Source of the DNA: Flavobacteriales bacterium
GTDB taxonomy: Bacteria; Bacteroidota; Bacteroidia; Flavobacteriales; Flavobacteriaceae
Reading direction: 5' to 3'
Length of the DNA stretch: 64,000 nucleotides
Assembly: GCA_038234025.1 (NCBI GenBank)
Contig: JBBSUW010000001.1
Span: 7,126-71,125, forward strand
Every line of letters starts with the position of its first letter. Positions within the stretch are counted from its first letter, which is position 1. Positions 8,777 through 19,875 of the stretch are shown here, in pieces. Position numbers and translations under genes: made by a program. The notes under the pieces were generated by a model. The model was given only the letters and a program-made list of their open reading frames with translations. It was not told the DNA's origin and searched no databases.

Positions 8777-9262
8777 CTAATCTGTCACATTGAGCGCATT
8801 TATAAAACCATTAACGTCGTCGGGCGAAAACACGAATCTGTCATAGCCGGCCTGCACCATAACTAGGTTTTTGCGATTGGTCACAAACCAGGTCATATCG
8901 CCAAAACGGCTATTTGTAAAACTGCCATAATAGCCGAACATTCCGCCAATGCCAAGTGTGCGCCACGTCCATTTCATTTCTTTTTTGTTGGGAATTGTTA
9001 TTGATTTGATTGCACTGCGTTGGATTGTTTTTTTCCCGCCGGGACGATTTACGAAGATTTCTGTGTTGGTTATGTCATAGGATTTTGGGGCGTAGAGGTA
9101 GACGATGAAAGTGATCAATGCGAAAAAAGGCGCAATAAACATCGCGCCTTTTCCGTCATCGCCGATAAATGCGTAAATCGTGATCACCACAAAAAAAATT
9201 GTTATGGCGGTTGTTGCGATTTTTAGAGTTAGGTCCCAAGAGATTTTGAAGTGTTTTGTCAT
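8777..9262 (-). CDS. Membrane-anchored bacterial PH domain protein
   Basis: Two N-terminal TM helices, then RTLGIGGMFGYYG.F and FVFSPDD motifs typical of bPH proteins. ATGA overlap with the leuS stop. Confidence 0.8.
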   Translation of the reverse strand: MTKHFKISWDLTLKIATTAITIFFVVITIYAFIGDDGKGAMFIAPFFALITFIVYLYAPKSYDITNTEIFVNRPGGKKTIQRSAIKSITIPNKKEMKWTWRTLGIGGMFGYYGSFTNSRFGDMTWFVTNRKNLVMVQAGYDRFVFSPDDVNGFINALNVTD

Positions 9263-12200
9263 CCCACCAAATTAATGATTTTCCCCGGAACAATAATCAC
9301 TTTATTCGGAATCTTGCCTTCAAGTTGTTTTATTGTTCTCTCGTCTTTCATAACTGCAGCTTCGATTTCTTCTTTTGAAAGATCCAATGGAAGTTCGAGC
9401 AAAAAGCGCATTTTGCCATTGAAACTCACTGGATATTCTTTGCTGCTTTCCACCAAATGCTCGGCGTTGAATGTTGGGAAAGGTGCTGTTGAAATACTTT
9501 CGTTATGACCAAGCTGTTGCCAAAGTTCTTCGGCGATGTGCGGCGCGTAAGGCGAAATCAAAATCGACAGCGGTTCGAGGATTTCCCTTTCGTGGCAGTT
9601 CATCGCGGTCAGTTCGTTCACGGCGATCATAAATTGCGAAACCGAAGTGTTGAACGAAAATCCTTCGATATCGTCCTGTGTTTTTTTGATGGTTTTGTGC
9701 AAGGTTTTGAGCGCGTCTTTTGATGGTTTTTCGTTGGTAAAGATTTTACCATTTTCATCAAAATACAATTTCCATAGTTTTTTCAAAAACCCAAAAGCAC
9801 CTGTGATTCCTGCGGTGTTCCAAGGTTTTGCCTGTTCGAGCGGGCCGAGGAACATTTCGTACAAACGCAAAGTATCGGCGCCGTATTCTGCACAAATGTC
9901 ATCGGGACTTACAACGTTTAACCAACTTTTGGACATTTTGCCGATTTCTGTTGTCGCATAAAGTTTATCGTCTCCTAACTTTATCGCTAAAGCAAACATT
10001 GGATTACTTTTAACTTTCGCGATGTCAATCTCAAATGTTGTTGGATTTATGCTGTTGTAAGGAATTCTTTTAGGTGTGTTATTATAAGTTGTATTCTGAA
10101 GTTCGAAATCCAATTCATCATATTTAGAATCTGATAGATTAAACTGTTTCTTTAAATCTTCTCGCAATTGATGTTTAATTTCTGAAAGGTCTAAATTTTC
10201 AACAGGAAAACTAATATTTCCAAAACTTTCTGAGTGTTCGATTTTGGTAAAAACTAAAACAAAAAAATTTGATTCTTTTAAATGAGTTGTCGAAATATTT
10301 TCCGATTTATTTGAAATTTTTATGTTTTGACTGTAATAAGGATAGTAAGCGCCTGTTCCCAAAATCATTCCCTGATTGATCAACTTTTTAAACGGCTCTT
10401 CTTTATTGACCAATCCGCGGTCTTTCAGAAACTTGTTCCAGAATCTTGAATACAACAAATGTCCGGTCGCGTGCTCGCTGCCGCCAATGTACAGATCGAC
10501 ATTCTCCCAATATTCTTCAGCTTCTTTCGATACAAATTCGCCGTCATTGTTGGCGTCCATATATCGCACCCAATACCAAGAACTTCCCGCCCAACCTGGC
10601 ATTGTATTTAATTCAAGGGGAAATATTGTTTTATTGTCAATTAAATGATTTTCGACAACCGAATTATTTTCAGTGTTCCAAGCCCAAATATTTGCATTGC
10701 CCAAAGGCGGTTGGCCATCTTCGGTCGGCAAATATTTTTCAATTTCTGGAAGAGTGATCGGCAAATGCTTCGCATCGATCATCTGCGGCATTCCGTGCAC
10801 ATAATAAACCGGAAATGGTTCGCCCCAATATCTTTGTCGAGAAAAAACTGCATCGCGCAAACGGTAATTTGTTTTGCCTTTTCCGCTGTTTATTTTTTCT
10901 AATTTTTCAATTGTCTTTTTGGTCGCTTCTTTATAATTCAGTCCATTTAAAAAATCTGAATTGATTATTTTAAAAAATTCTTTTGCAACAAAGGCATTTT
11001 CAGAAATGTCCTGATCGAAAATATTCCTGATTTCTGGCATTCCGCTTTGTCCCTTGAAGAAATTCGCGAAAGCATGATCGCGCTCATCGCCGCACGGCAC
11101 GGCCATAACCGCGCCCGTTCCATAACCCGCGAGCACATAATCGCCGATCCAAACCGGAATTTTTTCTTTGGTGAACGGATGTTCGGCAAAAGCGCCCGTG
11201 AAAACACCGGAAATGGTTTTGACGTCTGCCATTCGCTCTCGTTCCGAACGTTTTGAAGTTGATTCTATATATTTTTGAACGGCGGCTTTTTGTTCTGAAG
11301 TAGTGATTTTTTCAACGAGTTCGTGCTCTGGCGCAAGCGTCATGAACGTGACGCCAAAAATCGTGTCAGGCCTCGTTGTGAAAACGGCAATCTCTGTGTT
11401 TTCAAAATCCAAAACCGGAAAAGTTACCAGCGCACCAACAGATTTTCCAATCCAATTGCGCTGCGCTTCCTTCAAACTTTCGGTCCAATCGATGTCGTTC
11501 AAACCTTGCAAAAGTCTTTCGGCATAAGCGGAAATCCGCATCGACCATTGTGTCATCTTTTTTCTTACCACCGGAAAACCACCGCGCTCGCTCAAACCGT
11601 TGGTGATTTCGTCGTTCGCCAAAACCGTTCCCAAGCCTGGACACCAATTCACTTCAGTCTCCGCCAAATAGGTCAAACGGTACTGCAATAGAATTTGTTC
11701 TTGTTCTTTTTTTTCGAAATTATTCCAATCTTCTGATGAAAATGATCTTATATTATCATCACAAACCGCATTCACATTGGCATTTCCGTTTTTCTCAAAT
11801 TCCTGAATCAACAAACAAATACTTTCTGCCTTGTCCGAATCCTTATTATAATAGGAGTTGAACAGTTGGATGAAAATCCACTGCGTCCATTTGTAATATT
11901 GCGGATCTGACGTTTTTACCTGCCGATCCCAATCAAAGGAAAATCCTATCTGATCAAGCTGGCCGCGGTATCGCGCAATATTTTCTTTTGTGGTTTTGTC
12001 CGGATGTTGTCCGGTCTGAATTGCATATTGTTCAGCGGGAAGCCCAAAACTGTCGTAACCCATTGGGTGCAGAACGTTGAAACCTTCGTGGCGTTTGTAG
12101 CGTGCATAAATATCCGAGGCGATGTAACCGAGCGGATGACCTACGTGAAGTCCCGCGCCAGAAGGATATGGGAACATATCGAGTACGTAATATTTGGGTT

Positions 12201-12288
12201 TTTCGGATTGGTTGCTTGCCGCAAAAGTCTTGTTCTCTTTCCAGAATTTTTGCCACTTGGCCTCGATCTCGTTTGGCTGGTATTTCAT
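9259..12288 (-). CDS. leuS: Leucine--tRNA ligase with enlarged leucine-specific domain
   Basis: MFPYPSGAGLHVGH (HIGH-like), FTTRPDT editing motif and KMSKS. Confidence 0.98.
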   Translation of the reverse strand: MKYQPNEIEAKWQKFWKENKTFAASNQSEKPKYYVLDMFPYPSGAGLHVGHPLGYIASDIYARYKRHEGFNVLHPMGYDSFGLPAEQYAIQTGQHPDKTTKENIARYRGQLDQIGFSFDWDRQVKTSDPQYYKWTQWIFIQLFNSYYNKDSDKAESICLLIQEFEKNGNANVNAVCDDNIRSFSSEDWNNFEKKEQEQILLQYRLTYLAETEVNWCPGLGTVLANDEITNGLSERGGFPVVRKKMTQWSMRISAYAERLLQGLNDIDWTESLKEAQRNWIGKSVGALVTFPVLDFENTEIAVFTTRPDTIFGVTFMTLAPEHELVEKITTSEQKAAVQKYIESTSKRSERERMADVKTISGVFTGAFAEHPFTKEKIPVWIGDYVLAGYGTGAVMAVPCGDERDHAFANFFKGQSGMPEIRNIFDQDISENAFVAKEFFKIINSDFLNGLNYKEATKKTIEKLEKINSGKGKTNYRLRDAVFSRQRYWGEPFPVYYVHGMPQMIDAKHLPITLPEIEKYLPTEDGQPPLGNANIWAWNTENNSVVENHLIDNKTIFPLELNTMPGWAGSSWYWVRYMDANNDGEFVSKEAEEYWENVDLYIGGSEHATGHLLYSRFWNKFLKDRGLVNKEEPFKKLINQGMILGTGAYYPYYSQNIKISNKSENISTTHLKESNFFVLVFTKIEHSESFGNISFPVENLDLSEIKHQLREDLKKQFNLSDSKYDELDFELQNTTYNNTPKRIPYNSINPTTFEIDIAKVKSNPMFALAIKLGDDKLYATTEIGKMSKSWLNVVSPDDICAEYGADTLRLYEMFLGPLEQAKPWNTAGITGAFGFLKKLWKLYFDENGKIFTNEKPSKDALKTLHKTIKKTQDDIEGFSFNTSVSQFMIAVNELTAMNCHEREILEPLSILISPYAPHIAEELWQQLGHNESISTAPFPTFNAEHLVESSKEYPVSFNGKMRFLLELPLDLSKEEIEAAVMKDERTIKQLEGKIPNKVIIVPGKIINLVG

Positions 12289-12439
12289 TGTGAAGAATTT
12301 TTGAAAGTCGATTTGGTCGTGGCCAAAAGCCTTTCAGGGTGCGCAAATTTACTGTTATTGGCCGAAAAATGAAACTTTGCCGTTGATAAACCATGTTTCC
12401 AAAATATGTTTGTTATTTTTGGTGCATAAATCACTTTCT

Positions 12440-13315
12440 ATGGCTTCCAAGTTTGAGAGATTCCAGAAAAGACGGCTCATCTCGTCTTATTTTTCGGTAA
12501 TTCTCAGCATTTTTTTGGTTTTGTTCCTATTGGGAATTCTCGGGCTTTTCGTAATCAATTCCAAGCGACTCGCCGACAATTTCAAAGAAGAAATCGCAAT
12601 GACGATTTTTCTAAAGGACGAAGCTTCGGGCGACACGATCAAGGAATATGGTGAAATGCTCAGCAAGTCACCTTTCGTGAAATCAAGCGTTTATGTGTCA
12701 AAAGAAACCGCCGCCAAAATGCATCAGGATATTATCGGTGAGAACTTTATGGAATTCCTTGGCGTGAATCCATTGCAGAATTCATACGACATTCACCTTC
12801 GCGCAAATTATATCGTTAGCGACAGCATCAAGAAAATCGAGCGACAATTGCGTGCGGACGAAAATGTTTCGGATATTGTTTATGACAAGCAGTTGGTCAA
12901 TCTCGTCAATGACAATATTCAGCGTGTAAGCCTTTGGATATTGATCATAAGCGGATTTTTGGCATTTATTGCCGTGCTTTTGATCAACAGTTCACTTCGA
13001 CTTTCGATATATTCCAATCGATTTATCATCAAGACCATGCAAATGGTTGGCGCAACAAAATCATTTATCCGCAAACCATTTATCTGGCGAAGCATAAAAC
13101 TAGGATTGATTGGTGCGTTCTTGGCAATCATTGCGCTTTGCGGAGTCCTTTATTATGTTGAAACCAATCTCCCGAATTTGAACATTCTTGCCGAACCGAT
13201 TTTAATCGGCGCAGTTCTGCTCGCGGTTTTATTGGTCGGATTGCTCATAACTTGGCTTTCGACATTTTTCGCGACACAACGATTCTTGAACCTTCGCACC
13301 GACGACCTTTATTAA
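12440..13315 (+). CDS. ftsX: Cell division permease-like protein FtsX
   Basis: Likely start MASKFERF (ATG 12440). One TM, a periplasmic loop with NPL motif, IKTMQMVGATKSFIRKPF, then three more TMs. Confidence 0.92.
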   Translation: MASKFERFQKRRLISSYFSVILSIFLVLFLLGILGLFVINSKRLADNFKEEIAMTIFLKDEASGDTIKEYGEMLSKSPFVKSSVYVSKETAAKMHQDIIGENFMEFLGVNPLQNSYDIHLRANYIVSDSIKKIERQLRADENVSDIVYDKQLVNLVNDNIQRVSLWILIISGFLAFIAVLLINSSLRLSIYSNRFIIKTMQMVGATKSFIRKPFIWRSIKLGLIGAFLAIIALCGVLYYVETNLPNLNILAEPILIGAVLLAVLLVGLLITWLSTFFATQRFLNLRTDDLY

Positions 13316-13320
13316 ATAAT

Positions 13321-13563
13321 ATGGAAAATCAACACCACAAACCGGACTTTCTTTTTAGAAAGGAAAACTATACAATCCTCTTGATCGGAATTGCAGTTAT
13401 CGCGCTCGGATTTATACTGATGTCAGGCGGTGGCAGCGACGATCCCTCAGTTTTCAACGCCCATGAACTTTTTAGTTTTAGGCGAATAAAACTTGCGCCA
13501 ACGGTTGTTCTCATCGGGTTTGGCATCACCATATATTCTATATTCACAAAGCCAAAAGCTTAA
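13321..13563 (+). CDS. DUF3098 family small membrane protein
   Basis: ATG 13321; F.KENY.ILLIG...GFILMSGGGS.DP.VFN..F.FRRI.LAP pattern; the ftsX-DUF3098-uppP-truB order is typical for this phylum. Confidence 0.85.
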   Translation: MENQHHKPDFLFRKENYTILLIGIAVIALGFILMSGGGSDDPSVFNAHELFSFRRIKLAPTVVLIGFGITIYSIFTKPKA

Positions 13564-13569
13564 TCACCA

Positions 13570-14364
13570 ATGACAACTTTTCAAGCGCTCGTTCTTGCCA
13601 TAATTGAAGGACTTACAGAGTTTGTTCCGGTTTCGTCAACAGGTCATATGATTGTGGCTTCTAGTTTTTTTGGGATTGCCCACGATGATTTTACAAAATT
13701 ATTTACGATAGTAATTCAACTTGGTACAATTCTTTCGGTCGTTGTTCTATATTTTAAAAGATTTTTTCAAAAGCTCGATTTTTATTTTAAATTACTGGTC
13801 GCATTTATTCCAGCGGTAATTCTTGGATTATTGTTGAGTGATTTTATTGATGGATTGTTGGAAAATCCTATAGCCGTAGCTATTTCTTTGATCATTGGTG
13901 GTGCGATTTTATTAAAAGTCGATGATTGGTTCAAACCGTCAGAAAATGAGGTCCAAGCAAACACCGTAACCTATTTGCAAGCTTTGAAAATCGGTTTTTT
14001 CCAATGCATTGCGATGATTCCCGGCGTTTCCAGAAGCGGCGCGAGCATTGTTGGTGGAATGTCGCAGAAATTGAACCGCACAACTGCCGCGGAATTTTCG
14101 TTTTTTCTCGCCGTTCCAACAATGTTTGGCGCGACCGCAAAAAAATGTTACGATTATTATAAAGCTGGGTTTACGCTGTCGCACGACCAAATAAATCTTT
14201 TAATAATAGGGAATGTCGTTGGCTTTATCGTTGCTTTGATCGCCATTAAATCATTTATCGATTATTTGACAAAACACGGATTTGAAATGTTCGGTTATTA
14301 TCGAATTATTGCCGGTCTTGCAATATTGATCATCCATCAATTCTATCCATTAACCATTATTTGA
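13570..14364 (+). CDS. uppP: Undecaprenyl-diphosphate phosphatase
   Basis: [14 protein letters not shown] and PGVSRSG motifs. Confidence 0.96.
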   Translation: MTTFQALVLAIIEGLTEFVPVSSTGHMIVASSFFGIAHDDFTKLFTIVIQLGTILSVVVLYFKRFFQKLDFYFKLLVAFIPAVILGLLLSDFIDGLLENPIAVAISLIIGGAILLKVDDWFKPSENEVQANTVTYLQALKIGFFQCIAMIPGVSRSGASIVGGMSQKLNRTTAAEFSFFLAVPTMFGATAKKCYDYYKAGFTLSHDQINLLIIGNVVGFIVALIAIKSFIDYLTKHGFEMFGYYRIIAGLAILIIHQFYPLTII

Positions 14365-15062
14365 TGACTGCCGAAGATTATCAGGAAGGCCAGGTTTTGC
14401 TACTCGACAAGCCACTTACTTGGACATCTTTTCAGGTCGTCAACAAAATGAAATGGTTGTTGAAATCAAATCTCGGACTCAAAAAAATAAAAATCGGGCA
14501 CGCGGGAACTTTAGATCCGTTGGCTTCAGGTTTATTGATCGTTTGCACTGGAAAATTCACCAAAAGAATTGAAAGTTTTCAAAGCCAAATAAAAGAATAT
14601 ACCGGAACTTTTACTGTTGGTGCAACAACGCCGTCGTACGATTTGGAGACTGAAGTCGATGAAACTTTTTCAGTAAATCATATTACAGAAGATTTGATTT
14701 TGGAAACCGCGAATCTGTTTATTGGCGAAATAGACCAAAAACCGCCAATTTATAGTGCAATAAAGAAAGATGGCGTTCGACTATACAAGCACGCACGTGC
14801 TGGACAAACCGTTGAAATAGCTGCGCGCAGAACTATTATATTTGAATTTGAAATTACAAGGATAGAATTGCCCGAAATTGATTTTCGCGCCGTATGCAGC
14901 AAGGGAACCTATATTAGATCTTTGGCATATGATTTTGGAAAAGCAATGAAATCCGGCGCGCATCTTTCGGCATTGCGCCGGACTAAAATCGGCGATTTTA
15001 AAGTAGATGACGCATTTTCGCTCAGTGATTTTGAGGAATCATTTGGTCAAGCTGAATCATAA
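14364..15062 (+). CDS. truB: tRNA pseudouridine(55) synthase
   Basis: LDKP, GHAGTLDPLASG, PPIYSA and CSKGTYIRSL; TGATG overlap with uppP. Confidence 0.96.
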   Translation: MTAEDYQEGQVLLLDKPLTWTSFQVVNKMKWLLKSNLGLKKIKIGHAGTLDPLASGLLIVCTGKFTKRIESFQSQIKEYTGTFTVGATTPSYDLETEVDETFSVNHITEDLILETANLFIGEIDQKPPIYSAIKKDGVRLYKHARAGQTVEIAARRTIIFEFEITRIELPEIDFRAVCSKGTYIRSLAYDFGKAMKSGAHLSALRRTKIGDFKVDDAFSLSDFEESFGQAES

Positions 15063-15645
15063 AATCGGCAATTTCATTCTGGATACTTTCTCCCTTGTCG
15101 TTGTTGTACCAAAGCTGAACTTCTGTTTTTGCCGTGTCGTCAATTTTGCCATACTGGCCTTTATAACTTGCGATCAAGTTTGAAGCACCTTCCGGTCGTG
15201 GCCCCCAATTTCCGAGAACCTTGAGGTTGCTTTCATCAAGAACCACCAAAATCGGAATTGATTTGCTGCCATTGGTCAGGAACATTTTCATCAGATTATC
15301 GTTCTCGTCACGAAGTACGATCTTGAGATCTACAGACTTTGAAATCGATGCCAATTTGTTGATTACCGGAACGATATGCGCTGCATCGCCGCACCAGCCT
15401 TCGGTTATCAGCAACCAAATATAGTTCTTATTAAGTCCCATCATTTTTTGGAGAACCTCGCTGGAAATCACTGTCTTTTTGTCCAATCGGTTCATTCGCG
15501 CCTCGTTGAGTTTTGAATAATGCAAGATATCTTCAGACTGGTTATCGCCAGTAGATTTTCGTTCATCTATCAACGTCGAGACCATTTCGCGGTATTTGGA
15601 ATACGACATACTGTTCACTAGACTTTCGGCAACGGGCATTTTCAT
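15022..15645 (-). CDS. Thioredoxin-fold protein (single-Cys WCGD type)
   Basis: [18 protein letters not shown] and WGPRP motifs; 3' end overlaps truB convergently. Confidence 0.88.
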   Translation of the reverse strand: MKMPVAESLVNSMSYSKYREMVSTLIDERKSTGDNQSEDILHYSKLNEARMNRLDKKTVISSEVLQKMMGLNKNYIWLLITEGWCGDAAHIVPVINKLASISKSVDLKIVLRDENDNLMKMFLTNGSKSIPILVVLDESNLKVLGNWGPRPEGASNLIASYKGQYGKIDDTAKTEVQLWYNNDKGESIQNEIADFMIQLDQMIPQNH

Positions 15646-15791
15646 TTTTATGTGTTTTTGGTGAATTTAATCCTTTAAAACCACAACCTGTCCAGCATTT
15701 TGCCACTCTTAACATTTTGGAAAAAGCACTTTCCCAAAAACAGATATTGGTTATATTTGCATCGCAGCGAAAACACAACAAAGCACCGAAA

Positions 15792-16499
15792 ATGAAATAC
15801 AAACGCATATTGCTCAAACTGAGCGGAGAAGCATTGATGGGCGACCGACAATATGGCATCGATCCCGCGCGACTTTCGGAATATGCGGACGAAATCAAGA
15901 AAATTCATGAAAAAGGCGTCCAGATTGCGATCGTGATCGGTGGTGGAAATATCTTTCGTGGTTTGGCCGGAGCGAGCAACGGAATGGACCGAGTACAGGG
16001 CGATTATATGGGAATGTTGGCAACTGTGATCAACGGAATGGCGCTTCAGGGCGCGCTGGAGGACAAAGGAATGCTGACCAGATTGCAGACCGCGCTCAAA
16101 ATTGAAGCCATTGCAGAACCTTATATAAAGAGGCGCGCAGTTCGACATCTTGAAAAAGGTCGTATTGTTATTTTTGGCGCAGGAACCGGAAATCCATATT
16201 TCACCACAGATACAGCGGCGGTTCTTCGCGGTGTTGAAATCCACGCTGATGTTATTCTTAAAGGAACGCGCGTTGACGGAATTTACAATGCCGATCCAGA
16301 AAAAGATCCGACCGCAATAAAATATGAGTCAATCACGTTTGCCGATGTTATAGGCAAAGGATTGAACGTAATGGATTCCACGGCATTTACACTGAGCCAA
16401 GAAAATGCATTGCCAATCGTGGTTTTTGATATGAACAAAGAAGACAATTTGATGAAAATCTGCCAAGGTGAAAATGTGGGAACGCTTGTAAATATCTAG
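15792..16499 (+). CDS. pyrH: UMP kinase
   Basis: [23 protein letters not shown] and [11 protein letters not shown]; start set at ATG 15792. Confidence 0.98.
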   Translation: MKYKRILLKLSGEALMGDRQYGIDPARLSEYADEIKKIHEKGVQIAIVIGGGNIFRGLAGASNGMDRVQGDYMGMLATVINGMALQGALEDKGMLTRLQTALKIEAIAEPYIKRRAVRHLEKGRIVIFGAGTGNPYFTTDTAAVLRGVEIHADVILKGTRVDGIYNADPEKDPTAIKYESITFADVIGKGLNVMDSTAFTLSQENALPIVVFDMNKEDNLMKICQGENVGTLVNI

Positions 16500-16540
16500 A
16501 ATTTAATCAAAAGTTTTATTACAATAAAATTTAAAATAAA

Positions 16541-17104
16541 ATGACCGAAGAAATTGATTTTATACTTGACAGCACAAAAGAATTGATGTCGAATGCCATC
16601 GAGCATCTTGAAAAAGAATTCGTGAACATTCGTGCCGGCAAAGCGAGTCCGGCGATGATAGGGAGTGTTTTTGTGGATTATTATGGTTCGGCAACGCTGA
16701 TTTCTCAAGTGGCGAACATCAACGTTCCCGATGCGAGAACAATCACCGTAACGCCTTGGGAAAAAAACATGCTTCATCCAATAGAGAAAGCAATTCAGGT
16801 TGCAAATATTGGCTTCAACCCAATGAACAATGGCGATAATATTATAATAAGTGTGCCGCCATTGACCGAAGAGCGACGTCGAGATCTGGCAAAACAGGCG
16901 AAATCTGAATCTGAAGATGCAAAAATCGGAATCAGAAATGCAAGAAAAGATGCCAACAATGAGATAAAAAAGCTCGAAAAAGACGGAACATCCGAGGATA
17001 TGTGCAAGAATGCAGAAGATGAAATTCAGGAGATGACAAACAATTACACGAGGAAAATTGACGATATACTTTCGGTAAAAGAAGCCGAAATAATGAAGGT
17101 TTAA
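16541..17104 (+). CDS. frr: Ribosome recycling factor
   Basis: IRAGKA, DYYG and PPLTEERR motifs; follows pyrH. Confidence 0.98.
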   Translation: MTEEIDFILDSTKELMSNAIEHLEKEFVNIRAGKASPAMIGSVFVDYYGSATLISQVANINVPDARTITVTPWEKNMLHPIEKAIQVANIGFNPMNNGDNIIISVPPLTEERRRDLAKQAKSESEDAKIGIRNARKDANNEIKKLEKDGTSEDMCKNAEDEIQEMTNNYTRKIDDILSVKEAEIMKV

Positions 17105-17121
17105 TTTGAAAATAATCAACG

Positions 17122-17158
17122 AAATCCGTCCCGACCAAAAGTCACGGACGGATTTTTT
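17122..17158 (+). terminator. Intrinsic terminator after frr
   Basis: AAATCCGTCC...GGACGGATTT stem followed by a T-run. Confidence 0.8.
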
Positions 17159-17184
17159 ATTTAATTGAATTTACAACAACCAAA

Positions 17185-19674
17185 ATGCGTTTTGCAAATC
17201 TGATACTACTGCTTTTGTGTTCTCTTGCCAGCCAAGCGCAATTTCGGTTTGCCGGAATCGTCAAGGATGCACAAACACAGAAGGCAATTCCTTTCGCGAC
17301 CGTCAGCTTTTTGAACCAAGCGATTATTACCGATGTTGATGGGTCTTTTGCGGTCGAGAGCATCGATTTTCCAGATCAGATCACCATTTCTTATGTTGGT
17401 TATGAACTGGCGAAATTGGATTATTTAGCCAAAAAGAATTATTACAATATTCGATTAAAAGAAAAAGCGGATAAAGATATTATCTGGCGGAACGCCACGT
17501 TCGACGCCGCTTGGTTGGTTCAACAAGTTATTACGACAAAAAACCGAAATGATCCTCAACAGGTTTTGCCATCGTTCCAATTCAAGTCCTACAATAAAAT
17601 AATATTGAGCGCTGATGCTGATTCTTTGAAAGGCGCGGTTGACACGATCTACAAAAGGCGGTTTTGGCGCGATAAAATAAAATTGGATTCATCTGATTAT
17701 AAATTCAAGAAATTGATTTCGCGGCATCATCTGTTTCTTACCGAAAAAGTTTCACGGTTTGATTATGATGGGCAGCGCGTGCGCGAAACAATTATTGGAA
17801 GCAAAATGGCGGGCTTCAGTAAACCGATCTATGAATTGTTCACCTATAATCTTCAGTCGTTTTCCATTTACGATTCGAAGTATGAATTGTTTTCCACAAC
17901 ATATAGAAGCCCAATAGATTATGAAGCTTTTAAAGGTTATCGTTTCAGGGTTTTGGACTCGATAAATATAATGGGCAGAAAAACGGTTTTGGTTTATTTC
18001 AAAAATAAATTAAAAAGCCGTTCTGCCGGTCTTGAAGGCGTCCTTTATATCGATTTTGAAAATTATGCCATTGCAAAAGCCGTGATGCGAATACGCGGTG
18101 TGCTTGATATCAGCGGCACGCACGAATTCCGGTTTTTTCCCAAAGAACAATTGTGGTTTCCCGTGCGAAAAGAGTTTAGGATCGTAAAAGGGACGAACAA
18201 TAAGAACATAAAAATACTCGGTTCGACAATTATATTTGATGGCGCTTCAGATCTGGGTGTCGGGCGTAGTCGAAAATATGCTTCGGATTTTGCCTACCTG
18301 TCGTCGGTGAGCAATAATTTTGGAATTGCCTTTAATAAATCAAATCCAATTGAGCATCCATTTATAAAGACCGAAGTTCAGCGAGAAGCCGCCGAGCGCG
18401 ACAGTTCGTTCTGGAAGTCTTACCGAATCGACCCTCACGATTTTAGAAGCCGCAATACTTATGGCGCGCTCGACAGTATCGTGACCTCAAAAAAACTCGA
18501 ACAGCGCGTTCGCATCGGCCGAAAACTCTTGAACGGTTATGTCCCTTTTGGCGCTGTCGATCTCGATTTGCGGTCGCTCATAAGTTTCAACAACCACGAA
18601 GGGATTCGTTTGGGCATTGGCGGTCGAACGAGCGAAAGGCTTTCCACAAAGTACCGTCTTGAAAGTTATGTTGCGTTTGGCACGAAAGACGGCACGATCA
18701 AGTACAGCGTTTCGCCGGCGATCAGGATTGGGAACTTTACCGACTCTTGGATTGGCGCTTCCTACACAGATGATATTCGAGAGGTTGCCAGCACGACTTT
18801 TGCGATTGACAAGCGCGAGTTTAAGATTTATGACGCGCGGCCAATAAATATTTCCACCTTTTACAAACACACAACATATCGCGCATTTTTTGAGACCAAA
18901 TTCATTCCGAAAACCGAAAGTATCTGGCAGATTACGCATAGCAATGTGGCGCCATTATTTAATTATTTGTTCAACAATGACGGAAAGCTGTATGACAATT
19001 ATGTGCTGTTAGATGCCGTTTCGAGCATTCAATGGAATCCGTACAGCGACTATATGCAGACGCCAAGCGGAAGGATCGAGGCCGAAAAACGTTTCCCTAA
19101 ATTGACTATTCAGTTTACCAAATCATTGCCAAAAGAATGGGGCAGCGATTTTAATTACGCCAAAATTGATTTGCGTACGGAATACGAAAAGAAATTCCTC
19201 AATGGTCATAAAACTTCGTTGCTGCTCGAGGCGGGAACCGCGATTGGCGATTTGCCGCTCACGCATCTGTACAACACAAGCCCAAATAGTTTGACCAAGG
19301 AAACGATTGTGTCGAGGATTACTCTTGCGGGAAAAAACAGTTTTGAGACAATGTATTTCAATGAATTTTTCTCGAGCGAATATGCGTTGCTGCAATTGAA
19401 ACACAGTTTTGGAAACATTAAGATTATCGATGCTATATCACCTGAATTGGTGTTGGTGAACCGCGCAGCGTTTGGCGATTTAAAGCATCCCGAAAAGAAC
19501 ATTGGCGCAACCTATAAAACGCTGGACAAAGGCTATTATGAAACGGGCGCGCAGCTCAACCAAATTTTAAGCGTTTTTGGCGTAGGCGGATTTTACAGGT
19601 ATGGGCCGAGCCATTTACCTCGTTTTCAGGATAATATAGCTGTTAAGGTCACATTTGTCTTGAATTTTATTTGA
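17185..19674 (+). CDS. Outer membrane protein with N-terminal carboxypeptidase-regulatory-like domain (DUF5686-like)
   Basis: Signal peptide, G.VKD..T..AIPFATV...TD.DG.F...ISYVGYE domain, long beta-rich C-terminal region. Confidence 0.8.
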   Translation: MRFANLILLLLCSLASQAQFRFAGIVKDAQTQKAIPFATVSFLNQAIITDVDGSFAVESIDFPDQITISYVGYELAKLDYLAKKNYYNIRLKEKADKDIIWRNATFDAAWLVQQVITTKNRNDPQQVLPSFQFKSYNKIILSADADSLKGAVDTIYKRRFWRDKIKLDSSDYKFKKLISRHHLFLTEKVSRFDYDGQRVRETIIGSKMAGFSKPIYELFTYNLQSFSIYDSKYELFSTTYRSPIDYEAFKGYRFRVLDSINIMGRKTVLVYFKNKLKSRSAGLEGVLYIDFENYAIAKAVMRIRGVLDISGTHEFRFFPKEQLWFPVRKEFRIVKGTNNKNIKILGSTIIFDGASDLGVGRSRKYASDFAYLSSVSNNFGIAFNKSNPIEHPFIKTEVQREAAERDSSFWKSYRIDPHDFRSRNTYGALDSIVTSKKLEQRVRIGRKLLNGYVPFGAVDLDLRSLISFNNHEGIRLGIGGRTSERLSTKYRLESYVAFGTKDGTIKYSVSPAIRIGNFTDSWIGASYTDDIREVASTTFAIDKREFKIYDARPINISTFYKHTTYRAFFETKFIPKTESIWQITHSNVAPLFNYLFNNDGKLYDNYVLLDAVSSIQWNPYSDYMQTPSGRIEAEKRFPKLTIQFTKSLPKEWGSDFNYAKIDLRTEYEKKFLNGHKTSLLLEAGTAIGDLPLTHLYNTSPNSLTKETIVSRITLAGKNSFETMYFNEFFSSEYALLQLKHSFGNIKIIDAISPELVLVNRAAFGDLKHPEKNIGATYKTLDKGYYETGAQLNQILSVFGVGGFYRYGPSHLPRFQDNIAVKVTFVLNFI

Positions 19675-19875
19675 GAGGTTGTGTATCTAATTGGCCACGT
19701 CAAGGGATTTGCACGGCAGCGGAGGAATTGCTTGTTGATATCATTGTTGCTTAAACTCTTTATTTCTGCCAGATAAGTTTTAGCTTTGTCTTAGATTTCT
19801 TTAGTAAAGAAACTGAAAAACATATTTTATTGAACGCTTGTTCCTTTTTCATTTAATCAACTATGCCAAAATTAA

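Noticed and set aside
9940-10356. LeuS insert as an intein or intron
   Set aside because: No N-terminal Cys/Ser block, no C-terminal His-Asn, no LAGLIDADG or HNH motif, and the frame is continuous.
15022-15062. Convergent 3' overlaps (also 36051-36061 and 47097-47123)
   Set aside because: Short tail-to-tail overlaps are common in compact genomes; no further sign of antisense regulation.
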